This document shows, one piece after another, positions 14,532 to 23,445 of a DNA stretch of 36,361 bases. Both the position numbers and the translations under genes were made by a program. Source of the DNA: a virus. Lineage: Duplodnaviria; Caudoviricetes. The stretch covers positions 1 to 36,361 of the IMG/VR virus record IMGVR_UViG_3300037851_000025. One strand, 5' to 3'. The notes beneath the pieces were generated by a model, which saw nothing but the letters and a program-made list of their open reading frames with translations, was not told where the DNA came from and ran no database searches. Position 1 is the stretch's first letter, and each line of letters opens with the position of its first letter.

Positions 14532-17500
14532 CAGACTCCCACTCCTGCGCGCGTGCTGGTGTTAGCGGCCCGCCCGGAGAGCAACAGCCGCGTCGTGTAC
14601 GGGTCGAGCTGGATGGAGATGTTCATGGGCCCGCCGCTCATGCGCGGCGACGTGTAGGCCGAGGAGGACATGAGCTTGCGCGTGTCCCCGGCGTTGTAGA
14701 CGGTGCCCGATGCATCGGGCACGAAGACCTCTGGTCCACGCTCACCGACCATCACGGGGATGCGTCCGAGGACCGGGCCACCCATCGCGCGCCCGCCGAG
14801 ACGACCGGCGATGCTGCGGGCGAATACCTCCGCTGCCGAAGGTTGGATCTCGGTCATGTTGACGTTGGCTTCGGCGCGGGTGGCCCAGCCGACCATGCGC
14901 GTCGGCATGCTGCCGATGTCCACTTGCTCGACGGCGGTGCGCGTCGGCAGACGCCCGCCCAAGCCGAAGCCGTCGATGGCGACCGAGGTCCGCCCGATGG
15001 CGTTCGTATCGACGGTGCGGGGGATGTCCGTCGTCGTGGGGATGCGGCCGACGCCCCACTCGTTGAGTGCGGTGTTGACCTTGTTGCCGATGGTCGCGGC
15101 GACCGTGTTGCCGACCGTCGTCCCGACCGTGTTGTTGACGCGGGTGCCCAGCTCCCCGGCGCCCCACGCGTTGACCCGGCCGATGTCACCGAACTTCGCG
15201 TTGCCCACGCCAAGCTCACCCGCGGACCATCCGCGGACCTGGCCGATGTCACCGAACTTGCTGTTGCCGACGCCAAGCTCGCCGGCCTGCCAGCGGTTGA
15301 CCCGCGTGCCCACCTCGCCTGAGACGAGGGGGTCGGTGTTGCCCACGACCGAGCCAAGCTCGGCGTTGCCCTCGCGCTGGTTCTTGGCGTGCTCGGAGTT
15401 GCGGCCGAAGTAGCGCCGCATGATCTTCTCCTGCTCGATGACGAGGCCGCCGATGCCAGAGGCACCAGCGCGGAGGTTCCCGCCCCCAGCGCCACCGCTG
15501 GCGCCGCCACCGCCACCACCGAAGAGGCTGTTGAAGCGACCGGGGGACATCGAGCGAGGGGTGCCGCGCGTCGGGTCGTAGCCGAAGTCGCGCGGGTCGC
15601 CGCCACGGCCAGGGCGAGTATCCGCCAATGGCATCCCCATCTCGCTGCGACGCAGTCGCCATGCATCGGCTGCCTGTCGCTCATTCTCCCTGCGTTGTGC
15701 CTCTTGACGTGCGCGAGCCTCGGCCACGTTCCGCTCCGCTCGCGCGGCGGTCTCATCCCGCCACAGCCCGAGGCCACGCGCCGGGGCCCTCAGGGCATCC
15801 ACGATGTCATCCGTCACCTGCTGAGTGACGGGCTTCCTCTGTGGCTTCGCCTCCAGGACGAGTCCGAGGTCAGAGCGCGCACCGACACGCCCCGGCTGTG
15901 GGTTCAGGTCGATGCCAAGGATCTCAGCGATCTTTCGGAGAATGGGCTCTAGGCCGCGCAGGATAGGGTCTAGGGTCTTCTGGAAGAACGACTGGATCGT
16001 CTGGAGTACGCCCTGAAGGCCCTGTAGGAAGCCCTGAAGTTCCTGAAGGCCGGTCTGGATGCTGCGCAGCAACTTGGCGAAGTTGCCGCCCTGCCCCATG
16101 CCCTCCGAGAAGACGCCCTTCAGCTTGTCGCTCAACTTGAGGACGGAGTCCCCGACGTCGTCCACGATGCGCGGCAGGGCCTGGAAGCCGCGCTTCATCG
16201 TGCCGACCGCCTTCTTGACGGCGTCCTGCATCGCTGACAGTCGCTCCTGGAGCGCATCGCGAAGGTTCTGCAACCGCTCGCGCTCGTTCTGCGTCTCCTG
16301 CTCGCGCTCCCACACGCGCAGGGCGTCCTTGGCGTCAGCCAGCGCCTTCTCGGCGTCGATGATGTCGGCGGCCTGCGCCTGGCGTGCCAGTTCTGCCTCG
16401 ACCGCGCTCATCCCCCCGAAGTAGATGGTCTCGTTGCGCAGGGCAGACAGTTCGCGCTTGGCGTCGTTGATGTCGTTGAGGAGGTCTTTGTGCTCGCGAC
16501 GGGCGCGGCGGCGGTCCTCGGCGCGGTCGAGCTTGTCGAGTTGCCGGTCGATGGCCTTGATCTGCCGCTCGATGGCGTTCGTCTGCCGGTCGGTCGCGTC
16601 GGCCGTGTCCTCCGTCGCGCGACCGAGCATCTTCTGGGCCCGCGTCGCATCGGACATCCCGGTGACGCTGTCGACCATCGCCGCGTTGACGGTCTTCCAC
16701 TTGAACTCGAGGCCGAAGAAGCCGCTGATAGCGCCGGCGATCCAGACGACGACCGAGGACACGAAGTCCACGATCTGCTTCATGTTCTTCTGGATGGCAC
16801 CCGCGATGGAGGCCACGAGCGCAGAGAGGACCGGCGCCACGCCACCGAGGATCTGCGAGCCCAAGCCCGTGATGGTGGCGTCGAGCTGGTTGCGCGTGCG
16901 CTGCCACGCCTCGGCCCCGTCGATGCCCGCCTGGGTCATCCACAGGCCCGCCCGCTTGGCCTCCATGGCCAGCCGGTGGAACTGCGACTGCGACAGTTGC
17001 AGGAGGTCGAGCATCTGGTAGCCGGAGCGCCCGAAGGCGGTCTGCACGGCCGACGTGGAGAGCAGTTGCTTGCCGTAGGTCGAGACGGCGTTGCGGACGC
17101 TCTGGAAGATCTCCCATGACGAGCGGAGGTCGCCGTTGGCGTCGCGCACGCGGATGCCGTACTTGGCGACGTTCTCCTCGTTCTCGATGATGGCGCGGGA
17201 GAACAGGCTGAACTGCCGCCCCAGTCCCTCGACGTTGATGCCCACGATCTTGGCGACGCCCGCGAGCTTGGAGGTCTGCTCCGCGGTCATGCCCGTCGCG
17301 TCCTGGATGTCATCGAGCACCGCCGCCCATTCCTCACCGCGGCGGATGAGGTCAGGGATGGCGTTCGTCAATGCATCGACGGCCCGGTAGATCGCACTGA
17401 AGATACGGAACGTGATGTAGAAACTCGCCGCCCGGACGAGCTGGTGGCCAAGCGCGCGGAAACCGGAGGTCAGGCCGTGCAGGCCGGACTTCAACAGGCT

Positions 17501-17605
17501 GGTCGCGTGCGTGATGCGGTCGAGGCTCGACAGGACCGAAGCCAGCTTTTGCTGGTCCTTCCAGACGAGATTGAGAACGATGTCGATGCGTTCTGCGCTT
17601 GCCAT
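14531..17605 (-). CDS. tape measure protein (1024 aa)
   Basis: Longest ORF, downstream of the chaperones. Helical/coiled-coil body, GIRVRDANGDLRS, C-terminal RAMGGPV...VGERGPEVFVP. Confidence 0.9.
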   Translation of the reverse strand: MASAERIDIVLNLVWKDQQKLASVLSSLDRITHATSLLKSGLHGLTSGFRALGHQLVRAASFYITFRIFSAIYRAVDALTNAIPDLIRRGEEWAAVLDDIQDATGMTAEQTSKLAGVAKIVGINVEGLGRQFSLFSRAIIENEENVAKYGIRVRDANGDLRSSWEIFQSVRNAVSTYGKQLLSTSAVQTAFGRSGYQMLDLLQLSQSQFHRLAMEAKRAGLWMTQAGIDGAEAWQRTRNQLDATITGLGSQILGGVAPVLSALVASIAGAIQKNMKQIVDFVSSVVVWIAGAISGFFGLEFKWKTVNAAMVDSVTGMSDATRAQKMLGRATEDTADATDRQTNAIERQIKAIDRQLDKLDRAEDRRRARREHKDLLNDINDAKRELSALRNETIYFGGMSAVEAELARQAQAADIIDAEKALADAKDALRVWEREQETQNERERLQNLRDALQERLSAMQDAVKKAVGTMKRGFQALPRIVDDVGDSVLKLSDKLKGVFSEGMGQGGNFAKLLRSIQTGLQELQGFLQGLQGVLQTIQSFFQKTLDPILRGLEPILRKIAEILGIDLNPQPGRVGARSDLGLVLEAKPQRKPVTQQVTDDIVDALRAPARGLGLWRDETAARAERNVAEARARQEAQRRENERQAADAWRLRRSEMGMPLADTRPGRGGDPRDFGYDPTRGTPRSMSPGRFNSLFGGGGGGASGGAGGGNLRAGASGIGGLVIEQEKIMRRYFGRNSEHAKNQREGNAELGSVVGNTDPLVSGEVGTRVNRWQAGELGVGNSKFGDIGQVRGWSAGELGVGNAKFGDIGRVNAWGAGELGTRVNNTVGTTVGNTVAATIGNKVNTALNEWGVGRIPTTTDIPRTVDTNAIGRTSVAIDGFGLGGRLPTRTAVEQVDIGSMPTRMVGWATRAEANVNMTEIQPSAAEVFARSIAGRLGGRAMGGPVLGRIPVMVGERGPEVFVPDASGTVYNAGDTRKLMSSSAYTSPRMSGGPMNISIQLDPYTTRLLLSGRAANTSTRAGVGV
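15120..15320. repeat. 63-bp (21-aa) tandem repeat and flanking short repeats inside the tape measure gene
   Basis: GGCCGATGTCACCGAACTT at 15178-15196 and 15241-15259. Protein WxAGELGVGNxKFGDIGxV x2, plus GExGTRVN x2. Confidence 0.85.
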
Positions 17606-18096
17606 CAGTTCCTCATCAGGTGGGTCTTGACGACATCGGTGACTCGCTTGCGGTTGCCCTTGGAGAGCGTGCGCCCGATGATGTCGTTGGACTTCGCGCC
17701 GGGGTGCTGGTACGTGTAGCCGCGCCGACCGAGGTAGTTGGGGATGTCATGCGGCTTGGTGCCACGCATGACCATGTTGGCGTAGGCGACCCGGAAGCCG
17801 AGATAGCGCGCGGCGATCTCGGTCGTGCGCGGCTTGAGCGGCTTGGAGAACGCCGACGACTTCATCGGGCCGGGCGGCTTGATGGGCTTTCCGCGCGACC
17901 GACCGTTTGGTCGTCGCCACGGCGAGGTGGGGTTGGGCGGCGGTGCCTCGCGCTGCATGGCGGGCAGCAGGACGGTGTCCGCCGCCTGCTCGAGGGCAGC
18001 CTGGCCGCGCTTGCGCAGGGCGACCTTGCCGAGCTTGGCGAGGAGGTCTTTCTTGACCCTATCGACTCCCTGGACCTCCACGTTCGCGTGCAGCAA
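17605..18096 (-). CDS. HK97 gp10-like tail completion/neck protein (163 aa)
   Basis: Very basic. VEVQGVDRV, YANMVMRGTKPHDI and HPGAKSNDIIGR resemble the YA..VE.GT.PH / HPG motifs. TTG start with a GGAG RBS. Confidence 0.7.
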   Translation of the reverse strand: MLHANVEVQGVDRVKKDLLAKLGKVALRKRGQAALEQAADTVLLPAMQREAPPPNPTSPWRRPNGRSRGKPIKPPGPMKSSAFSKPLKPRTTEIAARYLGFRVAYANMVMRGTKPHDIPNYLGRRGYTYQHPGAKSNDIIGRTLSKGNRKRVTDVVKTHLMRN

Positions 18097-18562
18097 CCTT
18101 CACTCCAGCTACGGTCCCGGTGGCCTGCTCTGGCGCTTCGCCACGGTCCATGCGGTCGCACTTGGCGCACTTGCCGATGTCGTACCGCTCCAGTTCCGCG
18201 CCCTCCTCGGGCTCGAAGCCGCAGCGCGCGGGCGGTTGCGGACGCAGGAGGAAGTCGGTCATGTACTGGTGGGCGATGACCCGCTTGCCCTTCGGTCGCC
18301 ACCACGACCAGGGTTGCTGGCGCGTGACCGCGCCCGCGCGATAGAAGTCGAAGAGGATGAGGGTGCGGCTCGGCACGTCCCAGATGTCCTGGAGCCGTGC
18401 CGGATGCCACAGGATGCCGTCGCCCACCGGGCTGGCGAGCCGCGCGGCATCCATGAGGTCATCGTCGGTCGTGTCGAGGCTGGCCCTGCCAGCCCCGGCG
18501 TCGAAGGCGGCTCGGACGGCCTTCTCCCACTCGGGGGAGAGGCCTACCTCGCCGCCCGCTGG
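18059..18562 (-). CDS. -1 frameshift extension of the tail assembly chaperone (gpGT-like, ~264 aa total from 18852)
   Basis: Open -1 frame entered at the slippery site and lacking its own RBS. PAGGEVGLSPEWEKAVRAAF...DIWDVPSRTLILFDFYR. Confidence 0.75.
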   Translation of the reverse strand, partial: PAGGEVGLSPEWEKAVRAAFDAGAGRASLDTTDDDLMDAARLASPVGDGILWHPARLQDIWDVPSRTLILFDFYRAGAVTRQQPWSWWRPKGKRVIAHQYMTDFLLRPQPPARCGFEPEEGAELERYDIGKCAKCDRMDRGEAPEQATGTVAGVKVAARERGGPGSR

Positions 18563-18852
18563 TTTGGGTACGCGGACTCCACGATGGTCAGGCACTCATC
18601 GCTGATGAGGCTGAACACGTCCTGCGGGACGCGGTCGAAGGACTCGCGCTTGAAGGGCAGCGGGTCACCGTTCTCGTCCTTGACGTACCAGTCGACCACG
18701 AGACTGCCGATGATGACGTCCTCGCCCGCGAGCGGGTCGGAGCGTCCCAGCCGCTCCGTTTCCTTGCCGATGCGGCGGATGGTCCCGTGGGTGGGCCGAC
18801 GTTCGATGTCGGCCCACTGGTCATCGGGTAGGGTCAGCCGTTCGACGGCCAT
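18544..18852 (-). CDS. tail assembly chaperone (gpG-like, 102 aa)
   Basis: Follows the tail tube gene. LVVDWYVKDENGDPLPF..ESFDRVP motif; slippery heptamer near the 3' end. Confidence 0.85.
   Translation of the reverse strand: MAVERLTLPDDQWADIERRPTHGTIRRIGKETERLGRSDPLAGEDVIIGSLVVDWYVKDENGDPLPFKRESFDRVPQDVFSLISDECLTIVESAYPNQRAAR
18562..18568 (-). other. programmed -1 ribosomal frameshift slippery site C CCA AAC
   Basis: In-frame TAC CCA AAC fits X XXY YYZ, five sense codons before the gpG stop. The -1 frame stays open for about 167 codons. Confidence 0.8.
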
Positions 18853-18881
18853 GGGAGATACCTCCTAGCAAGGCTCGGGTG

Positions 18882-19877
18882 TCAGTCCCAGCGGGAGACG
18901 AGGTTGTCCAGCGTGACCTGGAAGTCATGGGTGGCCGTCGCGTTGTAGACGGTCTCGCCCGTGAAGCGGATCTGGCGCCGGCCGTCTGTCGTCTGCCACG
19001 GTGAGTCCGCGAAGTAGACGTAGGCGTCGATGGTCAGGGACTTCGGCGTGGCCGGGGACGAGCCGGTCAGCGTGGACCCCGGCATGTAGACGCGGATCTT
19101 GCGTTCCTGCGTCGAGGCATACGCGAGGTACTGCGTCGTGGAGTTGAAGTCCATCGTGCCTTCGATGGTCATGGACCGCGGCTCCGAGCGGTAGACATCG
19201 TTCGGCCAGTGGTAGCCGTCCGCCGCCCAGTGCTGCACGAAGTGGTTGTCGATGGTGAACTGGAAGGACTGGAGGTCCGTGACGAGCGTCGAGCCGATGG
19301 TCGTGCCGTCGATGTAGACCTTCGCCTCGGCGGGGTTGATCTCCTCGCTCGTGGCGAAGGACAGGCCCGACGTGGCCGTCGAGGCGACCGCGAGACGCTG
19401 GCCCAGCCAGTCCATCTGCATCGTCGCCGGCCCGCCAAGCTCCCAGCCGAACTGGAGCCGGTTGCAGACGGCGAAGGGCATGTAGAAGGTCGTCGCGTCG
19501 TCGCCCACCTCCAGGGTGGCCGTGACGAGGTCGTCGGTCGCTGCCGTGGTCGTGTAGACCCATCGCTTGCCCGTCGAGAGGACGGTCTGCGGGACCTGGA
19601 CCTTCTTGAGCGCAGCGCCGAAGTATCCGGGCAGTTCCTCGAAGGTCGGCACGACCTCAAGGCCGCTGATTTCCGCCCACACCTTCGTCTCGATCGGGGC
19701 GCGGTGGTAGCGGATGTAGCTGGTGCGCTGCTCCTCGCGCTGGGACAGCTCGTGATGGTCCTGAAGCTCGCCGCCGAGGATGGGGAGCGCCTTCGTCGCG
19801 GCGTGGCTCGCGCCGCGCGTGGGAAGCTCCCAGCCCATCTGGAAGCGGTACAGGGGGACCGTACCTGCGATTGCCAT
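18882..19877 (-). CDS. major tail tube protein (331 aa)
   Basis: Lies between the terminator and the chaperone; Thr-rich beta protein, LQSFQFTIDN, RSMTIEGTMDF. No sheath gene present. Confidence 0.8.
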   Translation of the reverse strand: MAIAGTVPLYRFQMGWELPTRGASHAATKALPILGGELQDHHELSQREEQRTSYIRYHRAPIETKVWAEISGLEVVPTFEELPGYFGAALKKVQVPQTVLSTGKRWVYTTTAATDDLVTATLEVGDDATTFYMPFAVCNRLQFGWELGGPATMQMDWLGQRLAVASTATSGLSFATSEEINPAEAKVYIDGTTIGSTLVTDLQSFQFTIDNHFVQHWAADGYHWPNDVYRSEPRSMTIEGTMDFNSTTQYLAYASTQERKIRVYMPGSTLTGSSPATPKSLTIDAYVYFADSPWQTTDGRRQIRFTGETVYNATATHDFQVTLDNLVSRWD

Positions 19878-19880
19878 GTG

Positions 19881-20078
19881 TTACTCCTCTGCGGCCTTGG
19901 TGGGGGCTGGCTCAGGCTCCGCGAGCACGAACGCCGCGGGCGTATAGGCGAGGATGGCCGCAGCCTCCTCGGGGTCGAGATCCTGCGCGACGTCGGGGAC
20001 GCCGGGGATGTAGTGCCCCGGCACGGGGAGGATGCGCACCTTCCCCTTCGGGGGTTTCTTCTCGAGGTTGGCGATCAT
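19881..20078 (-). CDS. hypothetical protein (65 aa)
   Basis: Start reassigned to ATG 20078 (MIANLEKKPPKG...YIPGVPDVAQDL), ATGA overlap. A small gene before the tail tube is common in such phages. Confidence 0.7.
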   Translation of the reverse strand: MIANLEKKPPKGKVRILPVPGHYIPGVPDVAQDLDPEEAAAILAYTPAAFVLAEPEPAPTKAAEE

Positions 20079-20518
20079 GATGTCCTCGTAACGCTCTCGA
20101 TGACCTTGACGACCCACTCTAGGTCCGCGCCATGGAAGGTCTGGTCCCCGTACTCCTGCGGACCGATGGCCGCGGAGTCGAGCCAGGAGTCCTCGACGGT
20201 GCCGGCGTAACCCAGCCGCAGTCCCGTGCGGGCGGCGGCGAACAGCCGCTCGACGTACAACTCCGTGTCGGCCTGCGTGCGCCCGATGTCGGCCGCGTTG
20301 GCGACGAGCAGCTTCCCGGCGATGCGCGCGATGCGCGCCTCGAAGCCGGCGCCCCGTCCGCCGCGGTCGTTGTTGATCTCGATGGACGTGACGTTCTCGA
20401 CCTTGACCGAGGGCAGCATGCCGATGACCGAGAGCTTCGTCGCGGTGGCCTCGCGGATGCCCTCGGCCGTCGCAGCCTGCGCAGCGATGGCGACCCTGAC
20501 GCCATTCCAGTCGGCCAT
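20075..20518 (-). CDS. tail terminator-like protein (147 aa)
   Basis: Size and position before the tail tube. C-terminal LGYAGTVEDS...YGDQTFHGADLEWVV. Confidence 0.6.
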   Translation of the reverse strand: MADWNGVRVAIAAQAATAEGIREATATKLSVIGMLPSVKVENVTSIEINNDRGGRGAGFEARIARIAGKLLVANAADIGRTQADTELYVERLFAAARTGLRLGYAGTVEDSWLDSAAIGPQEYGDQTFHGADLEWVVKVIESVTRTS

Positions 20519-21126
20519 CAGATGATCTCCACGACCTTGTAGGCGAAGCGGTGGACGGTCTGGATGTCCACGTCACGCCAGAGGGCGCGGTAGTTGCGGA
20601 TGCCCGTGTCGTCCGACCCCTCCGGGTAGCCGCCACGGTTGGAGAGGAACGTGCGCAGCGCGGTCGTCTCGGCCGCAGCGGTCAGCGTCGACGGGATGGC
20701 TGCCCAGCCGATGGCCGCGGTGAGGCGCACGTTCTCGTAGCCGGGCAGGAAGATGGGGATGGCGGCATCGTCGTCCAGCCACATCTCCATGGCCGGCCAG
20801 TCGGGCTGGCGCAGATAGGCGAGCGGGCGCAGCATGACGTCGCTCGTCACGTCGGTGAACGTCCCGCCCCGCTCATCCGCCATCTCGAGTTTCGTGACGG
20901 TGCGGAGCCCGCGCGGGTAGAGCAGGCAGCGCCCGTCCTCGATGGCATCGTGGCCGTCGATGAGTTCGTCGGTGACCGTGCCGGGGCCGACCTGGCGGCC
21001 CGCCATGTCCTCGATGTCCTGGTTGACGTCCGCGATGATGATGGTGAGCAGGGCATCATCGACCGTGTCGTCGATGCCCATGCGCTGTTTGACGCCACCG
21101 AGCGTGGCATAGGCGAGTGGCGCCAT
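20518..21126 (-). CDS. head-tail adaptor (HK97 gp6 / SPP1 gp15-like, 202 aa)
   Basis: YATLGGVKQRMGIDDTVDDALL...IEDMAGR, GYENVRLTAAIGWAAIPSTL. Confidence 0.85.
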   Translation of the reverse strand: MAPLAYATLGGVKQRMGIDDTVDDALLTIIIADVNQDIEDMAGRQVGPGTVTDELIDGHDAIEDGRCLLYPRGLRTVTKLEMADERGGTFTDVTSDVMLRPLAYLRQPDWPAMEMWLDDDAAIPIFLPGYENVRLTAAIGWAAIPSTLTAAAETTALRTFLSNRGGYPEGSDDTGIRNYRALWRDVDIQTVHRFAYKVVEII

Positions 21127-21130
21127 CAGG

Positions 21131-22414
21131 TCACCGCTTCCATGGTTCGTCGTCCTCCATCAGTCGCAGGAACGCGGCGGCGGCCATGTCCCAGTCGAAG
21201 CGGGCAGCGTGCGCGATGCCGGCGGCCCCGACCCGTGCCCGCAGGGCCTCGTCATCCACGAGGTCGAGGATGGCCTGCGCGAAGGCCGGGACGTCGGGGA
21301 TGGCCCACGCGTGGCCGTGCGACGTGGGCTGGAGCCCGGCAGGCTTGACGAGGATGCCGCCCTCACCGACCGTCTCGGGGATGGCCCCGAAGTCGTTGAC
21401 GACGACGGGCGTACCCACCGCGACGGCCTCTGCCAGCGTCAGGCCGAAGCCCTCTGAGCGCGCCGTCGAGGCGTAGATGTCGGCGGCCTGGTACATGATG
21501 TTGAGCTGCGCGTCCGACATCCCACGGAAGGTGTCGTGCCCGCGCGTGAGCGTGACCTGTGAGTGTCGCCAGCCGCGGTCACGGTAGGCACCGGGAAGGT
21601 CGGCCAGCAGCGTCGCCATCATGCCGCCCTCATCCTCGGTGGCGCAGTGGATGACGAAGAGGACATCGTCTCGCACGTCGATGACGCGGCGGATGACCTT
21701 GAAGTATTCGGGGTACGCCTTGCGGTCCACGAGCCGGTCAGTGCGCAGGATGACCGTGCGACCCTCCCAGCCGAAGGACCGCTTGGCCTCCTCGCGAGAG
21801 GTGACGGGCTCATCGCCCTTGCCCACGCCCGGACGCTCCGGGCTGACCGGGTAGAAGGACGGGCTGATGCCGTGCGGCACGTAGGGAACGTCGTCGCGGC
21901 CGAGCAGCGTGGCCAACTGCTCCTGCCCGAAGCGACTCATGGCCACGGGCTTGACATCCCGCCAGATGGCCCGCCAGAACATCGAGAGCCCTTCGCCCTC
22001 GATGGGCACGTAGTTGAGCGTCGGCACCGCGCCGAGCGTGCCTTGGTCGGTGGCGAGGCGTTCGAGCGCGGCCACCGGGTCGGCCACGAGCAGGACCCGC
22101 TCAGGCACGAAGCCACGGACCAGCTCGCCTGCCACGAAGGCGGCGGTCACGTTGTGACCCATGCCATCGCCCTGGATGCCGGCAGGCACCGTGCGCGAGA
22201 GGACGGGGTCGAGGGCGACGCTCTCGAAGGCGGCCTTCATGTCGTCGCCGTCGCCGCCCTTCTTCAGCGCCCGTCCGACCGCGCCCTCGCGGCCGTCGAA
22301 GTTGATGCCGAGGATGCGGATGTCGTGTCCCGCCTCGAGGAAGCGGCGGTTCAGTTCGCGGCCGACACGGCCGAAGCCTGTGTCGGCTACATCCGAGATG
22401 GTTCCGATCCGCAT
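21131..22414 (-). CDS. GT-B (GT4-like) glycosyltransferase
   Basis: DTGFGRVGREL, VPHGI, RLVDRKAY, MYQAADIYASTARSEGFGLTLAEAVAVGTPVV. Start at ATG 22414 (or GTG 22420). Confidence 0.92.
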   Translation of the reverse strand: MRIGTISDVADTGFGRVGRELNRRFLEAGHDIRILGINFDGREGAVGRALKKGGDGDDMKAAFESVALDPVLSRTVPAGIQGDGMGHNVTAAFVAGELVRGFVPERVLLVADPVAALERLATDQGTLGAVPTLNYVPIEGEGLSMFWRAIWRDVKPVAMSRFGQEQLATLLGRDDVPYVPHGISPSFYPVSPERPGVGKGDEPVTSREEAKRSFGWEGRTVILRTDRLVDRKAYPEYFKVIRRVIDVRDDVLFVIHCATEDEGGMMATLLADLPGAYRDRGWRHSQVTLTRGHDTFRGMSDAQLNIMYQAADIYASTARSEGFGLTLAEAVAVGTPVVVNDFGAIPETVGEGGILVKPAGLQPTSHGHAWAIPDVPAFAQAILDLVDDEALRARVGAAGIAHAARFDWDMAAAAFLRLMEDDEPWKR

Positions 22415-22416
22415 GG

Positions 22417-23445
22417 TCACGCTCCTAGCAAACGTGCGATGGCTGCGGCGTCTCGCGCCGGGGAGTAGTGCTGCCGATAGGCGGCATGGATGGCCTTGCA
22501 CATGACAAGGTGTCGGAGTGGGGTGATGCCCCTGATGATCTCGGCGGCCTCCTCGATGGAGTGCCGGTCGAGGTCGATGCACGTCTCGAGGTCGCGCCAG
22601 AGGACCCCGCCGAGCTTGCCGGCGTAGTGGCTGGCGTGGCCGATGAGCGGGCGCCCGATGGCGGCCCAGCCCCACAGGACGTGGCCGAAGCCGTCACCCG
22701 TGGGCTTGTCATGCAGCGCCCAGTCCGAGCCGGCCATGGCGTGGGCCACGCTCGTCGTCGGTTGCAGGCTGCCATCCGGCATGCCAGCCCCGTACAGCGA
22801 CCACTCGTGGTCACGCAAGAGGCCCGAAAGCGCCACCGTCGTGGGCCAGCACTCGGTGTGCGTGGCGTAGTTGACGAAGGACGCGATGCGCTTCGTGGAA
22901 CCCTTCGGGTCCACCCAGTGGTAGGCCGGATGCATCTCCTGGTGGTAGCGCACGCCCCGCCCGAGGATGGGCACCTCCGAGGAGACGAGGGCGATGGGGT
23001 CGAGCGACCAGTCCACCTCTTGGTTGGTGTTGCCGACCTGATAGGCGTAGCGGGCGCCCTGCTCGCGCGCGAAGCGGGCGAAGCCGTGCTGGTTGTCCTG
23101 CACGGTCGCCATGACGTAGTCCCAGTGCATCGTCCGCGCCTGGGGCAGCGTCACGCCGATGATGTCGCGGTCGGGGTAGTCCCGGTCGCGCTGTCGCCAC
23201 AGGCCGTCCGCGCCGAACGCCCACGGCGTGCCGGCCTGTCGCCAGCGGCTCCATGCGGCGTCCTCGACGTCGAGGTACTGGTCGCGCAAACGCGCATCGC
23301 CATAGGCGTCACGCCCGAACGTCCAGTAATCCTCGTCCCACCACTCGAAGCCGACCGGGGTGTAGACGTCCCACCCCAGCCGGTCCCCGAGCAGTTGCAG
23401 GCTGTAGAAGAGGCCGGCGTGATGCCTATCGATGAGCACCTTCAT
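22417..23445 (-). CDS. putative GT-B glycosyltransferase (342 aa)
   Basis: MKVLIDRHHAGL; C-terminal LHDKPTGDGFGHVLWGWAAIGRPLI is a degenerate GT4 signature. ATGA-coupled start at 23445. Confidence 0.75.
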   Translation of the reverse strand: MKVLIDRHHAGLFYSLQLLGDRLGWDVYTPVGFEWWDEDYWTFGRDAYGDARLRDQYLDVEDAAWSRWRQAGTPWAFGADGLWRQRDRDYPDRDIIGVTLPQARTMHWDYVMATVQDNQHGFARFAREQGARYAYQVGNTNQEVDWSLDPIALVSSEVPILGRGVRYHQEMHPAYHWVDPKGSTKRIASFVNYATHTECWPTTVALSGLLRDHEWSLYGAGMPDGSLQPTTSVAHAMAGSDWALHDKPTGDGFGHVLWGWAAIGRPLIGHASHYAGKLGGVLWRDLETCIDLDRHSIEEAAEIIRGITPLRHLVMCKAIHAAYRQHYSPARDAAAIARLLGA

